Shown piece by piece: positions 1 to 15,091 of a DNA stretch of 64,000 nucleotides. The stretch is from the NCBI RefSeq assembly GCF_009914755.1, contig NC_060946.1. One strand, written 5' to 3'. Position 1 is the stretch's first letter; each line of letters starts with the position of its first letter. Source of the stretch: the human T2T-CHM13v2.0 reference genome, Homo sapiens. A model generated the notes under the pieces. That model was not told the origin of the DNA, did no database searches, and saw nothing but the letters and a program-made list of their open reading frames with translations. The position numbers were made by a program, and so were the translations under genes.

Positions 1-204
1 AAATCAAACCCCGCCTCCTATGGACAGCGTGGCTGCCTCCGTGGACAGCCCTGCTTCTCTCCTGGGGAAGCACAGAGAGGGGGCATGCACATGACAAGCA
101 CCATGCTACTTGCTGCCTTCTCTCACCACTTTTCCTCAAACGTGACCACAGGCATTATGGGGGCTGCCTGGGTGATGGTCTTAGATACATCTAATGCTCA
201 AGTA

Positions 205-925
<721 letters not shown>

Positions 926-1199
926 AAAAAACTTAATAAACTTGAAATTAACACCCACCTTGCCGCCAAAAAAGTAACTGGGGAAAACACCCACTGAAGG
1001 GACTAAAAGTCTAGAGTAAGAAAGGTGATTTTCCCAGGTTATCGAAGCTCTGAGTCAAAACTCAAGTCTTCTGCGTCACTCATTGGATGGCACTTCTTTA
1101 ACAAAATGTTTCCCTTCTTTCAACAGTTAACACACTGCAAAACATCCCCCTATCATCTCAGCAAAGAAAATACAACACTCTATTGTATGTATACAACGT

Positions 1200-1995
1200 A
1201 CTGTGATTTAGAGTAAGAAATACATATTTTAGTCTTCATCCCTGATTCCTGGCACAGACCTCCTAAAACCCGTGTAAATTCCTGAGCAATTAGGGGTGCT
1301 AGGAGCATCTTTTCTTCTAATATTTGGTTTTTGATCCTGGTTCCTGACATGGAGCTCCTAAACCCTTGGAATTTCCTGGATAGGAGCACTTTTTGTTCTA
1401 AGGCTACTCTTGGTGGTTCCTGGATGGGGGCTGGGCACCAGAGAGACGAAGCTGTGATTAGCAGCTTGGAACTGTTAGCTCTACCCACCCCACTCCAGGA
1501 AGGACAGAGGGGGTGAAGATTGAGTTAATAATTGATTATGCCTACATGATGAAGCCTCCAAAAAATCCGTGAACTACTGGATTCAGAGGGCTTCTGGACT
1601 GCTGAGTAGATGAAGGTGCCTCAGGGGTGGTGCCCCTGGAGAGAGCATGGACGCTCCATGCCCCTGCCCACACATCTGGCCCTATGTTTCTTTCATGTGG
1701 CTGTTCATCTGCATCCTTTATAATGGGTAAACACAAGTGAAGTGTTTCCGTGAATTCTGTGAGCCATGTTAAACATTAATCAAACCCAAGGAAGCGGTCT
1801 TGGGAACCCCAGTTTATAGTTGATCACTCAGAAACACAGGTCATAACACAGGGCTTGAGATTGGTATATGAAGTGGGGAGCGGTCTTGTGGGACTGAGCC
1901 CTTAACCTGTAGGGGCTGCACTAACTCTGCTTAGTATCAGAACCAAGCTAAACTATAGGACACCCAGTTGGTGTCCAATGGTGAATTACCTGTGT
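1200..1995. mobile_element. MER21-like LTR
   Basis: tgtgat..taagaaatacatattt..ttcctggcacaga..cctaaaaccc..aattcctgag, a MER21-type signature. Confidence 0.7.
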
Positions 1996-2009
1996 GATGC
2001 TATCAAGAA

Positions 2010-3218
<1,209 letters not shown>

Positions 3219-4692
3219 TCAGGCATGTCAGTATCCCAGATTTGGCCCTCTCCTCCAGGCCTTCCCTGGTCCCCATCTGTTAGACCTCAGCACGTGTCTC
3301 TGTGGTTAGAGGAGTCCGTGGTGGCAGGATGAGCTGGTCAATTTCTAAATGCCATTCACTGACCACACCATGGGAAGGGATCCAGCAATAATGTTTTAGA
3401 CCAAGCCTCACAAATGTTCTCAAATCAACAATACAGCAGGGTGAGATGAGCAATCCATGTCATAAAGGACATGCCAGAGTGGGGTCCCCAGCCCTGCCTC
3501 TGGTACCCCCGCCATCCACCCACCCACACACTATGCCAGGCATTTCCTTGCTGCTATCGTGAGCGGCCTGCAGATCTTCCCTGTTTACTTCTGCTGTGAA
3601 AATCTGGGGTAAGAGAGGGTAAGGTAGTAGAGTTATATATAAACCTTTTAGAATTAGAAGTGGAATTTGGTTTCTAGTTCTTGTATTTGTAAGAAGATTT
3701 TATTTTTATTTTTGATCTACTTACCCCAAATGCCCAATACATTTCCCTTTTCAGAAAATATGGGCTCCTGTGTGCAAATGGTATTTTTATACATGAATCT
3801 TATTTTAAATGCACCAGAAAACCTGCCATGAATTTCTGGCTAAGTGAGACATTATTTTGTAATTGAGACACTCCTCCTTATATGGTCAGGTTTTCTTAAA
3901 GTGGGGCACATCTCTGTCAGCCCTGTGATGTGGCTGCTGTGAGTGCTCATCCTGTCAGGTAAGAAATGTGTCCTATCAGCAACAAACACATTCATAAAAC
4001 TCAACCACATGTGACCCTACTAAGGATGCTGGCTCTTCAGATAGCAGAGGCACACAACCAGCAAGACTAGCTGGAAGAGACAGAAACTTGTTCCTGCTTC
4101 TATGAAAAATAAAAGTGTTCCCTAAGCAATTACACTGAGCTGGCTCAGGCCCCCGACACAGATACTGATGGAAAACTACACTAACGCCAGCAACAGCAAA
4201 GCCCAAGCGCTCGCCACGCTCAGACTGAATGATCTCATCCAGCCCTCTGCACTATTCCACCTGGCAGGCACTCCTAATGCTTCACGTGAAACTCTTGAGA
4301 CACCAAAGGGAAAATAACTTGTTCCAGGTCAGAGCTGAGATTCTGGATGATCATCTCTGGCATCCTCCAGAGACAAAAGAGGTAGGAACAAGGGCTGGAA
4401 GAGATTAGTCCTTCAAAAGCTTTGCCCTGCTCTCAGAAGATCAAGGTCCTTCTGGGTGCCCATAATCAGTAAATGTTTATCATGTGCCCTCGCACCCTTG
4501 TTAAGAGAGAAAAGATCATTTGGTCTGGAGTAAACCAAGGACAAGTTCACAGCATTTCTAGTAGCCCTAGACTCTGTCGACCTTTGTCAGTGCCACAGAG
4601 CATCTCAGAATCAAAAGGACTATCAACTTCAGAGAAGGGAGTGTGGGTAGTCCATCGGTGGCCAACCTGCAGCCATGTCTGCTGCCACTTTC

Positions 4693-4929
4693 TTTTTTTG
4701 AGATGGAGTCTTGCTTTGTCGCCCAGGCTGGAGTGCAGTAGCGCAATCTTGGCTCACTGCAACCTCTGCCTCCCAGTTTCAAGCCATTCTCCTGCCTCAG
4801 CCTCCTGAGTAGCTGGGATTACAGGCGTATGCCACCACGCCAGGCTAATTTTTGTATTTTTAGTAGAGATGGGGTTTTGCATATTGGCCAAGCTGGTCTC
4901 AAACTCCTGACCTCATCGCATCTGGCCTC
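4693..4929 (-). mobile_element. 5'-truncated AluS
   Basis: 16-bp TSD ctgctgccactttctt (4679-4694, 4930-4945). Confidence 0.92.
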
Positions 4930-5096
4930 CTGCTGCCACTTTCTTACTCAAGAGGCCCGAAGATATGGCCCTCCCTACCCTGGGGGATGAATCACAGTGA
5001 GTGGTGGCCATTTAGGAATGGGTATGGTCAAGCATTTCTGGTAGGAAAGTCTGCAGGAAAAAGGGCTTCTGAAAACATTTTGCACTCCCCCCAACC

Positions 5097-5392
<296 letters not shown>

Positions 5393-5464
5393 AAAGTTTC
5401 ACCCTCTCAAAAAGAGACAAGAGGGAGGAACAGGTAATTTTTCTTGCGCAGCCTCTGTGAGGAT

Positions 5465-5650
5465 TAGACAGTGGGATCTGTGGCAGCCACAGTATCACCA
5501 TGAGGGGACAGCCCTGAAGACAAAGCCAGCCTGCTGAGGACAGAAGAGTGGCAAGATGGAGAGACCTGGGCCTACCATGACACTGTCAAGCACTAAATCA
5601 CCCAAACCCAGGACCAGGCCACCTCTAGCCTTGTTACAGGAAACTTGGGT
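5465..5650. mobile_element. Old MaLR (MLT1-type) LTR fragment
   Basis: gcagcca..caccatgagggga..gaaga..aagcca..gaggacagaagag, an MLT1-like pattern. Confidence 0.45.
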
Positions 5651-5659
5651 GCTGCTGTA

Positions 5660-6050
5660 GAAGGGTTAAGTATGCATGCTCTGGAACCTAAATAACTGCC
5701 TGGTAAGTGGCTCCACTTTCTAGCTCTGCCTTCTTGGCCAAACTCCTAACCTCTGTTCCTCAACCTACAGACGTGGGACTAATAATAGCACTCACCTCAT
5801 AGAAATGTCATAAGGGTTAAATGAATTAATTCAGGCTTAAAACAGTGGCTGGGTCAAAAGTGCTAAGTAAATGTGACCCAAGATGACCATGTGTCAGACA
5901 TATGCTAGATAATCTACAAAGACCATCTCATGAAAAGCAACCACACAGCAGGCCTCATCACCATCCCGGTTTACAAGAGGAAAGAGAAGACGTGGAGCTT
6001 AGATCTGAACAATGTCCATTTGCTTCCTACCTCAACTCCACAACCTGGCA
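5660..6050. mobile_element. Two MIR fragments in opposite orientation
   Basis: MIR core-like aataatagcac..acctcatag..gttaaatga; ggtttacaagaggaaa. Confidence 0.55.
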
Positions 6051-6154
6051 AGCAGTGTGCAAACTCCACTATGATTAATTTATAACATTGCATCCAAAGG
6101 AGAAAGACTCTCAGGCTGTATTAGGGACTTAGAGAAAGATCCTTAAAGACAGTT

Positions 6155-6625
6155 TAGTTCAGTGGTTTTTGAAGTGTGGTCCCCTGGAACAGCAGCATCA
6201 GCAACACTCAGGGACTTGTCAGAAATGCAGTTTTGTTTTTTGGGTTATTTTTGAGACAGAGTCTCGTTCTGTCACCCAGGCTAGAGTGCAGTGGCACAGT
6301 CTTGGCTCACTGCAACCTCCGACTCCCATGTTCAAGTGATTCTCGTGCCTCAGCTTCCCAAGTAGCTAGGATTACAGGCATGAACCACCACACCTGGCAA
6401 CTTTTTGTTTTTTTACTAGAGACGGGGTTTCAACATGTTGGCCAGGCTGGTCTTGAACTTCTGACCTCAAGTGATCCACCTGCCTTGGCTTCCCAAAGTG
6501 CTGGGATTACAGGCGTGAGCCACTGTGCTTGGCAGAAATGCACGCTTTTGAGCCCCACCTAAATCTGTGTTGTGAGAAGTCCTCCAGGCTATTCTGATGT
6601 ACAATGCAGTTTGAGGACCACTGGT
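6155..6625. mobile_element. MER5A-like hAT element split by an Alu
   Basis: cagtggtttt..agtgtggtcccctggaacagcagcatcagca..cttgtcagaaatgca ... agtttgaggaccactg. Confidence 0.7.
6231..6532 (-). mobile_element. AluS
   Basis: Dimer; TSD cagaaatgca. Confidence 0.93.
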
Positions 6626-6769
6626 CTAATTCAACTCCCCAACTTTTCAGATGCGGAAAAAAGAAACCCAGAGAGACACAATGACTGGGTGAGCTAGGAT
6701 TACTGGATTACTGGTTTCCTGAGAGCCATTCAGTGTTCTGTCTCCTACAGAGCAATCAGATCTTGGGAT

Positions 6770-7225
6770 ATGGTAGGCAGAATCCCAAGAACCTGTGATC
6801 TTATATATACAAAATCAACTTTGTGGATGAGATTAAGTCAAGGACCTTGAGATGGGAAGAATATGCTAGGTTATCCAGGTGGGCCCAATCTAATCACACA
6901 GGCCCATAAAAGCAAACGATTCCCCCCCAGAGGGAGTTACAGTTGTCAGCTTCAGGGAGACCTGATGATTTGCCAGCAGGGTCATAGGTGCAATGCTGCT
7001 GGCCTGGAAGATGGGAGAAGGGACAGGGCGGCAGCTGCAGAATTTTTAAAAGGCAAGGAAGCATGTTCTCCCCTAAGACTCTGGACTTTTCCAAAGCCCA
7101 GCCCACACCTCAATTCCAGCCCAGTAAGACACCTGTGTTGGACTTTGAACCTACAGAACTGTAAGCAGAACTGTATTAACAAGTTTGTGGTAAGGTGTTA
7201 TGACAATGATAGAAAACTAATACAC
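6770..7225. mobile_element. MLT1 (MaLR) LTR
   Basis: gattaagtcaaggaccttgagatggg..ggttatccaggtgggcccaatctaatcaca; ends gaaaactaataca. Confidence 0.75.
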
Positions 7226-7251
7226 GGGGATTTCCCAAGACTCTCAAGTGA

Positions 7252-7567
<316 letters not shown>

Positions 7568-10500
7568 TAGGTTCTTTAATGCAACAGATTTCTCCCTCAA
7601 TTTGCCTAGTGAAACCTACAATTTCACTAGGCAAATTGTGACATCAGGAGATCAATAAAGAAGGAACTCTGGGTCTGTCTTCGACATCTGTTTTTCTTGT
7701 AGAAGAAACAAGAGGCTAAAGCAAAGTGACCTGCTAAAGATCACATAGCTAGTAAGAGAACTTAGAACTTTACCTCTTTTTCTTCTGAACCCCAAGTTCA
7801 ACTTTCTTCATACCATACCATGACGCCTGTTAGCCCCCTTCATTCACTCAACTATCCAACATTTGAAAAGTACTTTCTAGGTGCCAGGTGCCAAAGATAG
7901 AATATAAATACTTATCTATAGTATCTTCCATGTGTAAGGTTTTCCCTTCTACCCAAAAATCAATACCCAGGCCAGTACAATTTCTAATTAAATTTTTATT
8001 CTATACTTTTTACCTGGAGTAGCTATTTGCATTATCATCCTCCTATGCTACAAATAATATATTAAAGTCACTGCACAGCTAAATGTCCTTTGTTTTTGAC
8101 CACAGTGTTACTACATTCACTCCAAGCAGAGGTAAGTCCATACAATACTGCTCCCCAGGAAGAATGAGACACATTGGGGGCTCCAAGCATGATTTCTAAA
8201 TTAAGACACATTTTAAAAATAAGGAATGGCCCAAACTTCAAAATCTTTTAATAGTAAATTTTTTATTATGGAAGGGAATAAAAACTATTTTTAAAGAACT
8301 CTAATAAGAACCTCACATTTTTTGATACTCTAAACTTGGGAAATAAATTATAAAAGGTATTATTAGTTTTGGGACATGTTTTAACGGAAAGTGGCCCAGA
8401 TACAGAGCTTGAACCTTTCACCAGACTTTGTCACTGTCTCAGAGGCAGGGCTCGCTGACTTGAGGTGGCAAACTGCAAGGACTGAGTCAACTAGCGTTGT
8501 TTAATCCTTATCTGAGGGAAGCTTTAAGGGAGCCTTCTCCAAGCCTGATGCCTGCTCATTCACAGAAAGGCTCTTTCTTATGAGATATAACAGCAACCTG
8601 AATCATCATCCTGTTTAATTAGCATCTCAGAGCAGCCTCAGAACACCAAAGCAACTGGGTCACAGTAGTATTATAGCACACTGATGACAACTGGTTTTGT
8701 TCAAGCCTTGCAGATTACCCTCCACTACTGTGCCTAAGACGGCTCTTATCCAGCATGGCACACACTTCTGCTCATGCTCACAATATTTACTTACTCATGT
8801 TTGTCCATCTCCCCTAAACTGTGAGACTTGTTCTTGCACCCCCCAAGGACTGGCACACCATAGGCACTGTAAATGTGGGCTGATGGAATGAATGCAATGT
8901 CTGACAAACTTGAGAGCCTGAAGACAACTAATGAGGATACTCTTCAATGAGTTACAAAACTGATGCTGGTGGAGCTTGGAGAATGTGGAACAAGGTATGT
9001 GTTCATTTTTGGCCACCAGCAAAAAGTTTTTTGTCCTTTTAATTATGCCTCCTACATCTAGGATGGAAGCCGCTGTCCTCCCAGCTATCAATGCCAACTA
9101 CGTGGCAGCTAGATGGGCTACATACAAGGAGCTACCCTTCAAGGCCCTGTGAGCATTTCTTTGATGCAACTCTGCATCCTATCAAGCTTCTTAAAGACTA
9201 CTTCAAAGTGTTAGCCAAAGCAATACATACATAGCCCTAGGTGTTTTGGTCCTTACTTCCTTAGAGCTAGACGATCTCCTTACGTTTCTTCATGAAAAGC
9301 TCATGAGACTGGCTGGAGAACCTTTAACTTGCCATTAACACAAAGACTGAGGGAATGGGCTCTGGCACCAGCCTCTGGGACCTGCACCACGGCCCAGTAC
9401 CACCAAGGCTTCCCAGTCAACCTCAGAGGGACAGAGACTTGTCCAGTTCTTCTCAGGTCCATTTACTCAGTGCTACTCAAGTTATGGTACATGGATTTAG
9501 AATCTGCACTTATGTCCTACAGCTGCTCCGGCAAAAGTGCCAGTTTCAGAAACTGAATCCATTAAATACACACTTAATCAATTATGATGTCAGTATGAAA
9601 CATCAGCCAGCCACTCACTGGCTAAGGGCTAATTGTGTGTACTTAAGACAAAAGTTCCAGGCTTGACTAGCTTTTTAGAATAAATGTGGTTGGTCTAATG
9701 TGCATACTGTCCAGGTATGATGCAGCACAGGGCTACTGGAGAAAAAAACTGAGGGTGTCAGCACACGTGTGAAAGCCAAAAGTCACCAGGTCAATTTTAT
9801 CATCTGTAAAATGGGGATAACAGTATTTGCTTTGCCTTCTGCCTAAAGCTGCTGTGTAAAATAACCATAAAAGTGTTTTACAAACTAGAAAGTTATGTAA
9901 TTATTAGAACTTTTAAATAAAAATTACATAAAACATACATTCATCTCTGTCATACTTTGGCAATTACTGATATCAAAATCAGATATAATACAAAGTACAG
10001 TCTATTAAATTAAGACAAACAGTTTAAAGTTAATTTTTTGTTAAGTAATTTCTCTCCTACAATCTGCCTTAAACAAGCAGACCCTGCATGGGTCTGGACA
10101 CCTGCTGCTGGTCGTTTTTTTGGTAAGTCTAGCTGCTGTATGTTTCAGTAATGTTTCATCTCCGACGGTGTGGAAGGTCAGTTCTTGGCCAAGTCTCTGG
10201 ACACTTCACTTCTTAGCTACTATTTACTATTACTTTCATTGTATCTCCCCTCTCAATTCTCCTATCTGGGACCAATACAAACTAAAACTATTTTTAAAGC
10301 TTTCTAAAGCATTTTGCATTACAAGAAAAGATGTTAAATAAATGGGGACTAATAATGACACACAACTGCATACAAATTAAATTCTAGCAGGATTTCGAAA
10401 GCATTGAAAACTGCCCCAAAATGGCATATTGAGCACAACTAGAATGAGAAAAACCGCCTCACAGGCTTGCCTGTTGTACTCTACAGACAGTGCCCTCTGT

Positions 10501-11509
10501 TATGTGGAGAGCAGACCTGGAAACCAATGACTCCTTTGCTGCCTGCATCAGAGTCACCTGCCAGGTGCTCCTAGCCATACTTCTCCAAACCTGTCCCTAC
10601 TCACATTAATCTAGAATAATCTGCTGTGGCTGATTCTGGACCCTCTGCTGCCATGTGGATCTTAGGTCCAACAGATGGTACTATTCCTTACAACACACTT
10701 AGGGCCCAATAGTTCATCTTCTCTGCCTCCTGGGACCCAGTCATCTGCTTCCCTCCAATACAAGCCCATGAAAACACTCACACAAACTTTCTTTAATCTG
10801 ATCATCTTTCAAGCATAATTTGAAATAAAATTATATATTTAGATCACCATTCTCCTCCCATAAAAGCCCCAATCAAAACATGGCTCTGCTACAGATCCTG
10901 ACAAGTATTTGTTTCTTTGGGAAAACCTTTCAAGTCAAATTATAAACCTGTAATAAGTGTCTCTGTGGCTGAGTGGTGGTTGGGTGGTAGCTGGCCCCAG
11001 AAGTGGTACAAAACGCACAGAAAGCCTGACCCAGGTCCAAATCTCTTGAGTGTGGCCGTTTTGGCGGCATCTAACAGCTACATCCTTGGATTCTGTTTTG
11101 ATCCACAAAGAAAGCCCGTTCCCTTATTTCCCTTCCGATGTCTTTGTGCCCATAAGGTGGGACCAGCCTGTCTGCAGTTTATAGTAAAGTTATGATGTTT
11201 TCCATCAGGTTAGAAAGGTTGGGATTAAAGGACTTTTCTCCTTCATTAAGAATGTCCTTCTTTGTCTTTCTGTACTTCATCTACCAAACAGAGGATGTCA
11301 GAAATTAGCCACAATCTTGAGCAGATAAAGAACATATTCAGAATACACACAGCTTTATACAATGGACTTACTCATTTTAACACTGAGCAAACAAATAATG
11401 AGAAGTTAGTAGGTCTAAGACGCAGCTGGGGAAGGAGGTCTTTTCTCCAGAAGATTCTGTCACATACCTCTTTTTATGCCATTGTTGCTTTAAAAAATCC
11501 AGATTCTCA

Positions 11510-11791
11510 GGCCGGGCATGGTGGCTCACGCCTGTAATTCCAGCACTTTGTGAGGCCGAGGCAGGCGGATCACCTGAGGTCACGAGTTTGAGACCAGGCT
11601 GGCCAACACAGTGAAACCCTGTCTCTACTAAAAATACAAAAATTAGCTGGGTGTGGTGGTGCATGGCTGTAATCCCAGCTACTCGGGAGGCTGAGGCAGG
11701 AGAATCGTTTGAACCTGGGAGGTGGAGGTTGCAGTGAGCGAGATCATGCCATTGTACTCCAGCCTGGGCAACAAGAGTGAAACTCCGTCTC

Positions 11792-11820
<29 letters not shown>
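11510..11820 (+). mobile_element. AluS (Sq-like)
   Basis: Full length with long A tail; TSD aaaaaatccagattctca. Confidence 0.95.
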
Positions 11821-11823
<3 letters not shown>

Positions 11824-12254
11824 AGATTCTCACCCGTGAGCTGTGTTATGAGGAAGGGACCTCTGCAATAATGTGAAGGTAACCCTTGGCTAACGAAAGT
11901 AAAAACACCAGACCCATGCTTCTTCAGAATCATAAAGTGTAAGTTATTCTACTGAATGTGAAGAAGGCAGTTTGACTTCCTAACGAGCTGTTCTCTGGGA
12001 CTTTTAATTTGCCTTATTAATGTGTCAATCCTGATTCCACAGCATAAAACTGCATGTCCAGAAAGTAGAAACATGGGTTGGATGAAAATTAATAAGAACT
12101 TGATCAGGCTGGTCTTTCCCCTTGACATGCAGGTTTCTCTAAAGGTTGTAAGACACTGTGTGATCAAGGTGCCTTTTATTCTCAGGGCTCTTTTCTTTGA
12201 TATTTAAGTTCCCTTAGGAGTTGATGGTATCGACTTCAGAAGTATAATAATCTT

Positions 12255-12860
12255 TTCTTTTTATTCATTCTACAAATTTTTATTGCATGCCTGTGTGCAG
12301 GGGCTGAAATGGGGAGCCAAAAGTTCACCTAGTGTCTACCCTCCAGGAGCTCACAGAATGATCTGGGGGTAAAGCAAAATTTAAACAGTGATGTAAACAG
12401 TACTTCAGAGCGCAGACTTAATGCCACCAACCTAGTTAAGGAAGTCAGGAAAGCATTCTTGAGGGAGTGTAGCTTGACCTGAGTCATAAAGAGTGAGTAA
12501 GAGCTACCTGGGGGGAAGGGGAACAAACTGCTTTGTGGAGGGACAAGCAGGCAGGGTGTAGGGAACCAACACAGTGGAGCACAACTCTGAGAGGGTGGGA
12601 AGCTGATATGCAGGAACCCAGGGCCAACAATGGCTGTTGCTGGGTTAGGGATGATATGGAAGAGTTTGGGTACTGGTGGTGGAAATGCATACAAGAGGCA
12701 GCATAGACTTCGAAGGTAAAACCGACAGGACTTGATGCTGACACATGGCCAGGGGGTCTGTGAGATGTGTTGCAGTGAGCCTGAGTGTGTGGCAGTGTAA
12801 ATCAGCACAGTGGACAGGGAGCCCTCTGGATGCCAGCACAGCAGGATTCTGATGAGGTGA
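12255..12860 (-). mobile_element. L2 3' fragment
   Basis: ttattcattctacaaatttttattg.. start and ggagctcaca..gtcaggaaagc..ttgacctgag L2 pattern. Confidence 0.6.
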
Positions 12861-13676
12861 GCACACACGTGGCACCTGCTCTAAATGCTACTTTCTCCTA
12901 GAAAGATTCCATTTACAGAAGAGAATGTTTTGGACTGAGAGCAAAATCTCAACTGGTCAGGAATGGGTTTAATTCCAAATGACATTTTATGGGTAACTAC
13001 GAGAAACCTTTTATAGAACACAGGCTATCTTCCTGCTTTAGTAAATAGCTCAGGGTTTTGAGTAAACTGATTGTTTTCCGTTGTCTTAGAGTTATGATTC
13101 TGTATTAAGAGTATTCTTGTAAGACACGAGGAAGAGACTAGGCTTTATCAAAGTGATCCCAGGACATAGCCTAAAACTTGCTTTTTAAAATAAATCCCTG
13201 CTAGCAAGCTTTTTTTCCGTATCATTTTACTTCTCCTAAAGTAGAGGACAACAACGACAAATCTAGTCAAAGAAACTGTTCCAGTTAGTTTAACTGACAA
13301 TTCCTCTGTGTACCTTCCTTATATTCAGATATTCCTTATCAGAAATCTTTTTTGATTTTTACCTCAAATTTAGGCAGTCTAAAAACAAAGACAAGAAATA
13401 AGGAAAAGAGAGAAAGCTGGGGCGGAGAGGAAGTTCTCGGAGTTTTTCACTGGAGCGGAGCTGTCCACTGAAGCTGCTGATCTGGAATAGCAGCAGGGCT
13501 AAAAGAAACTTATACTTGGCCCTGTCTCTCACTGGTACAGGAGCCTAGGCAAGTTAATTTAAGTCTTGATTTTCTCAACAATACATTGGGGATAATACCC
13601 AGTTGGGAAAAAAGGGCACGGTGGGGGTATCTTCTGCTACTTAAAGACACTGATCAGGGCAAAATAACCTGAACAG

Positions 13677-13979
13677 GGCCAAGTAAGGTGGCCCATGTCT
13701 GTTATCCCAGCACTTTGGGAGGTTGAGGTGGGAGGACTGCCTGAGGCCAGGAGTTCAAGATTAGCCTGGGCAACAAAGAAAGGCCCTGTCTCTACAAAAA
13801 ATAAAATTAAATTTGCTGGGTGTGTTGGCACTCCCTGTAGTCCCAGCTATTCAGGAGGCTGAGGCAGGAGGACTGCTCAAGCCCATGAGGTCAAGGCTGC
13901 AGCCAACTATGATCACACCACTGCATTCCAGCCTGGATGACAGGGCAAGACCTTGACTGACACACACACACACACACAC
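13677..13979 (+). mobile_element. AluJ with a (CA)n tail
   Basis: gaggtcaaggctgcag J diagnostic; CA repeat at 13960-13979. Confidence 0.9.
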
Positions 13980-14794
13980 CCTGCACATACTTCCCAGGAA
14001 GTACCAGCACTGATCCCTAGTCATTTTGTTACTCTCTAGTCCCATGTGGAATGGATGGTCCCTTGAAACTACAAAGGCCGTCTGTGCTTGTCTGCAAGGC
14101 TATGGGCAGCAGCACAGACATCCAGGAGGAGTTAAAGCTAACAATCTACTATTGCTACTAAACCAAACCCAGCTATGCTGCCACACAAAGGGGTTCCTTT
14201 TGTCTATTTAGAGCGTATTTTACAGGTCAGACACAGTATTTAACCACTTATTCCCCACCCTCAGCTATCTGCTTTACTATGTACACTTTATTGATGATGT
14301 TTAAGTAACATGTGAAAATATGGCAGGTGATACTAATAATTTCTACCAAGGTGCCCACAAAAAAGAAAGTTCGTAATTATCACACATGGTATGAACTTCA
14401 ACTGCAGATATGGTAGGCAGATATCAGCCACTTGCTGTGGGTTTTTAATGTTCTGTAACACTGTAACTCTAATTATCCTGGGTTTACAGCCTTCAGGTTC
14501 TGCATTAATAAATTTATGGAGGCAAAACAAAGGAGGAACAAAAAACAATTTCCCAAATAAAATACATCCATTTGCCTCAATTTAAGTTAAATCCAATCTA
14601 TGTCCCCCTTCTGGAAAATTAAAGCATTACTCAAGAAGGCCTGGTTTAGTAATTTTTCTCTTGCACAAAATGTATACGTAGTTTGTTATAATGTTAATAT
14701 GAAGTCTCATAACTCAGAAGGCCAACACAGGTGTCACTAATGATGTTTCTTTGTGCTAACCAAACTTGCCTTTTTTTCTGAAACACAGTTTGCA

Positions 14795-15091
14795 TTTTAT
14801 TATTATTTTTTAGATGGAGTCTCACTCTGTTGCCCAGGCTGGAGTACAGTGACGAGATCTTGGCTCACTGAAACCTCTACCTCCCGGGTTCAAGTGATGC
14901 TCCTGCCTTAGCCTCTAAAGTAGCTGGATTACAGGCACCCACCATCACGTCCAGCTAACTTTTGTATTTTTAGTAGAGACGGGGTTTCACCATATTGGCC
15001 AGGCTGGTCTCGAACTCCTGACCTAAGGTGATCCACCCTCCTCGGCCTCCCAAAGTGCGGGGATTACAGGCATGAGCCACTGCACCCAGCC
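14795..15091 (-). mobile_element. AluS
   Basis: TSD tgcattttat. Confidence 0.93.

Noticed and set aside
8795-9097. NEHIPC resembling the hAT transposase HIPC motif
   Set aside because: Lacks the following xAH and other transposase motifs.
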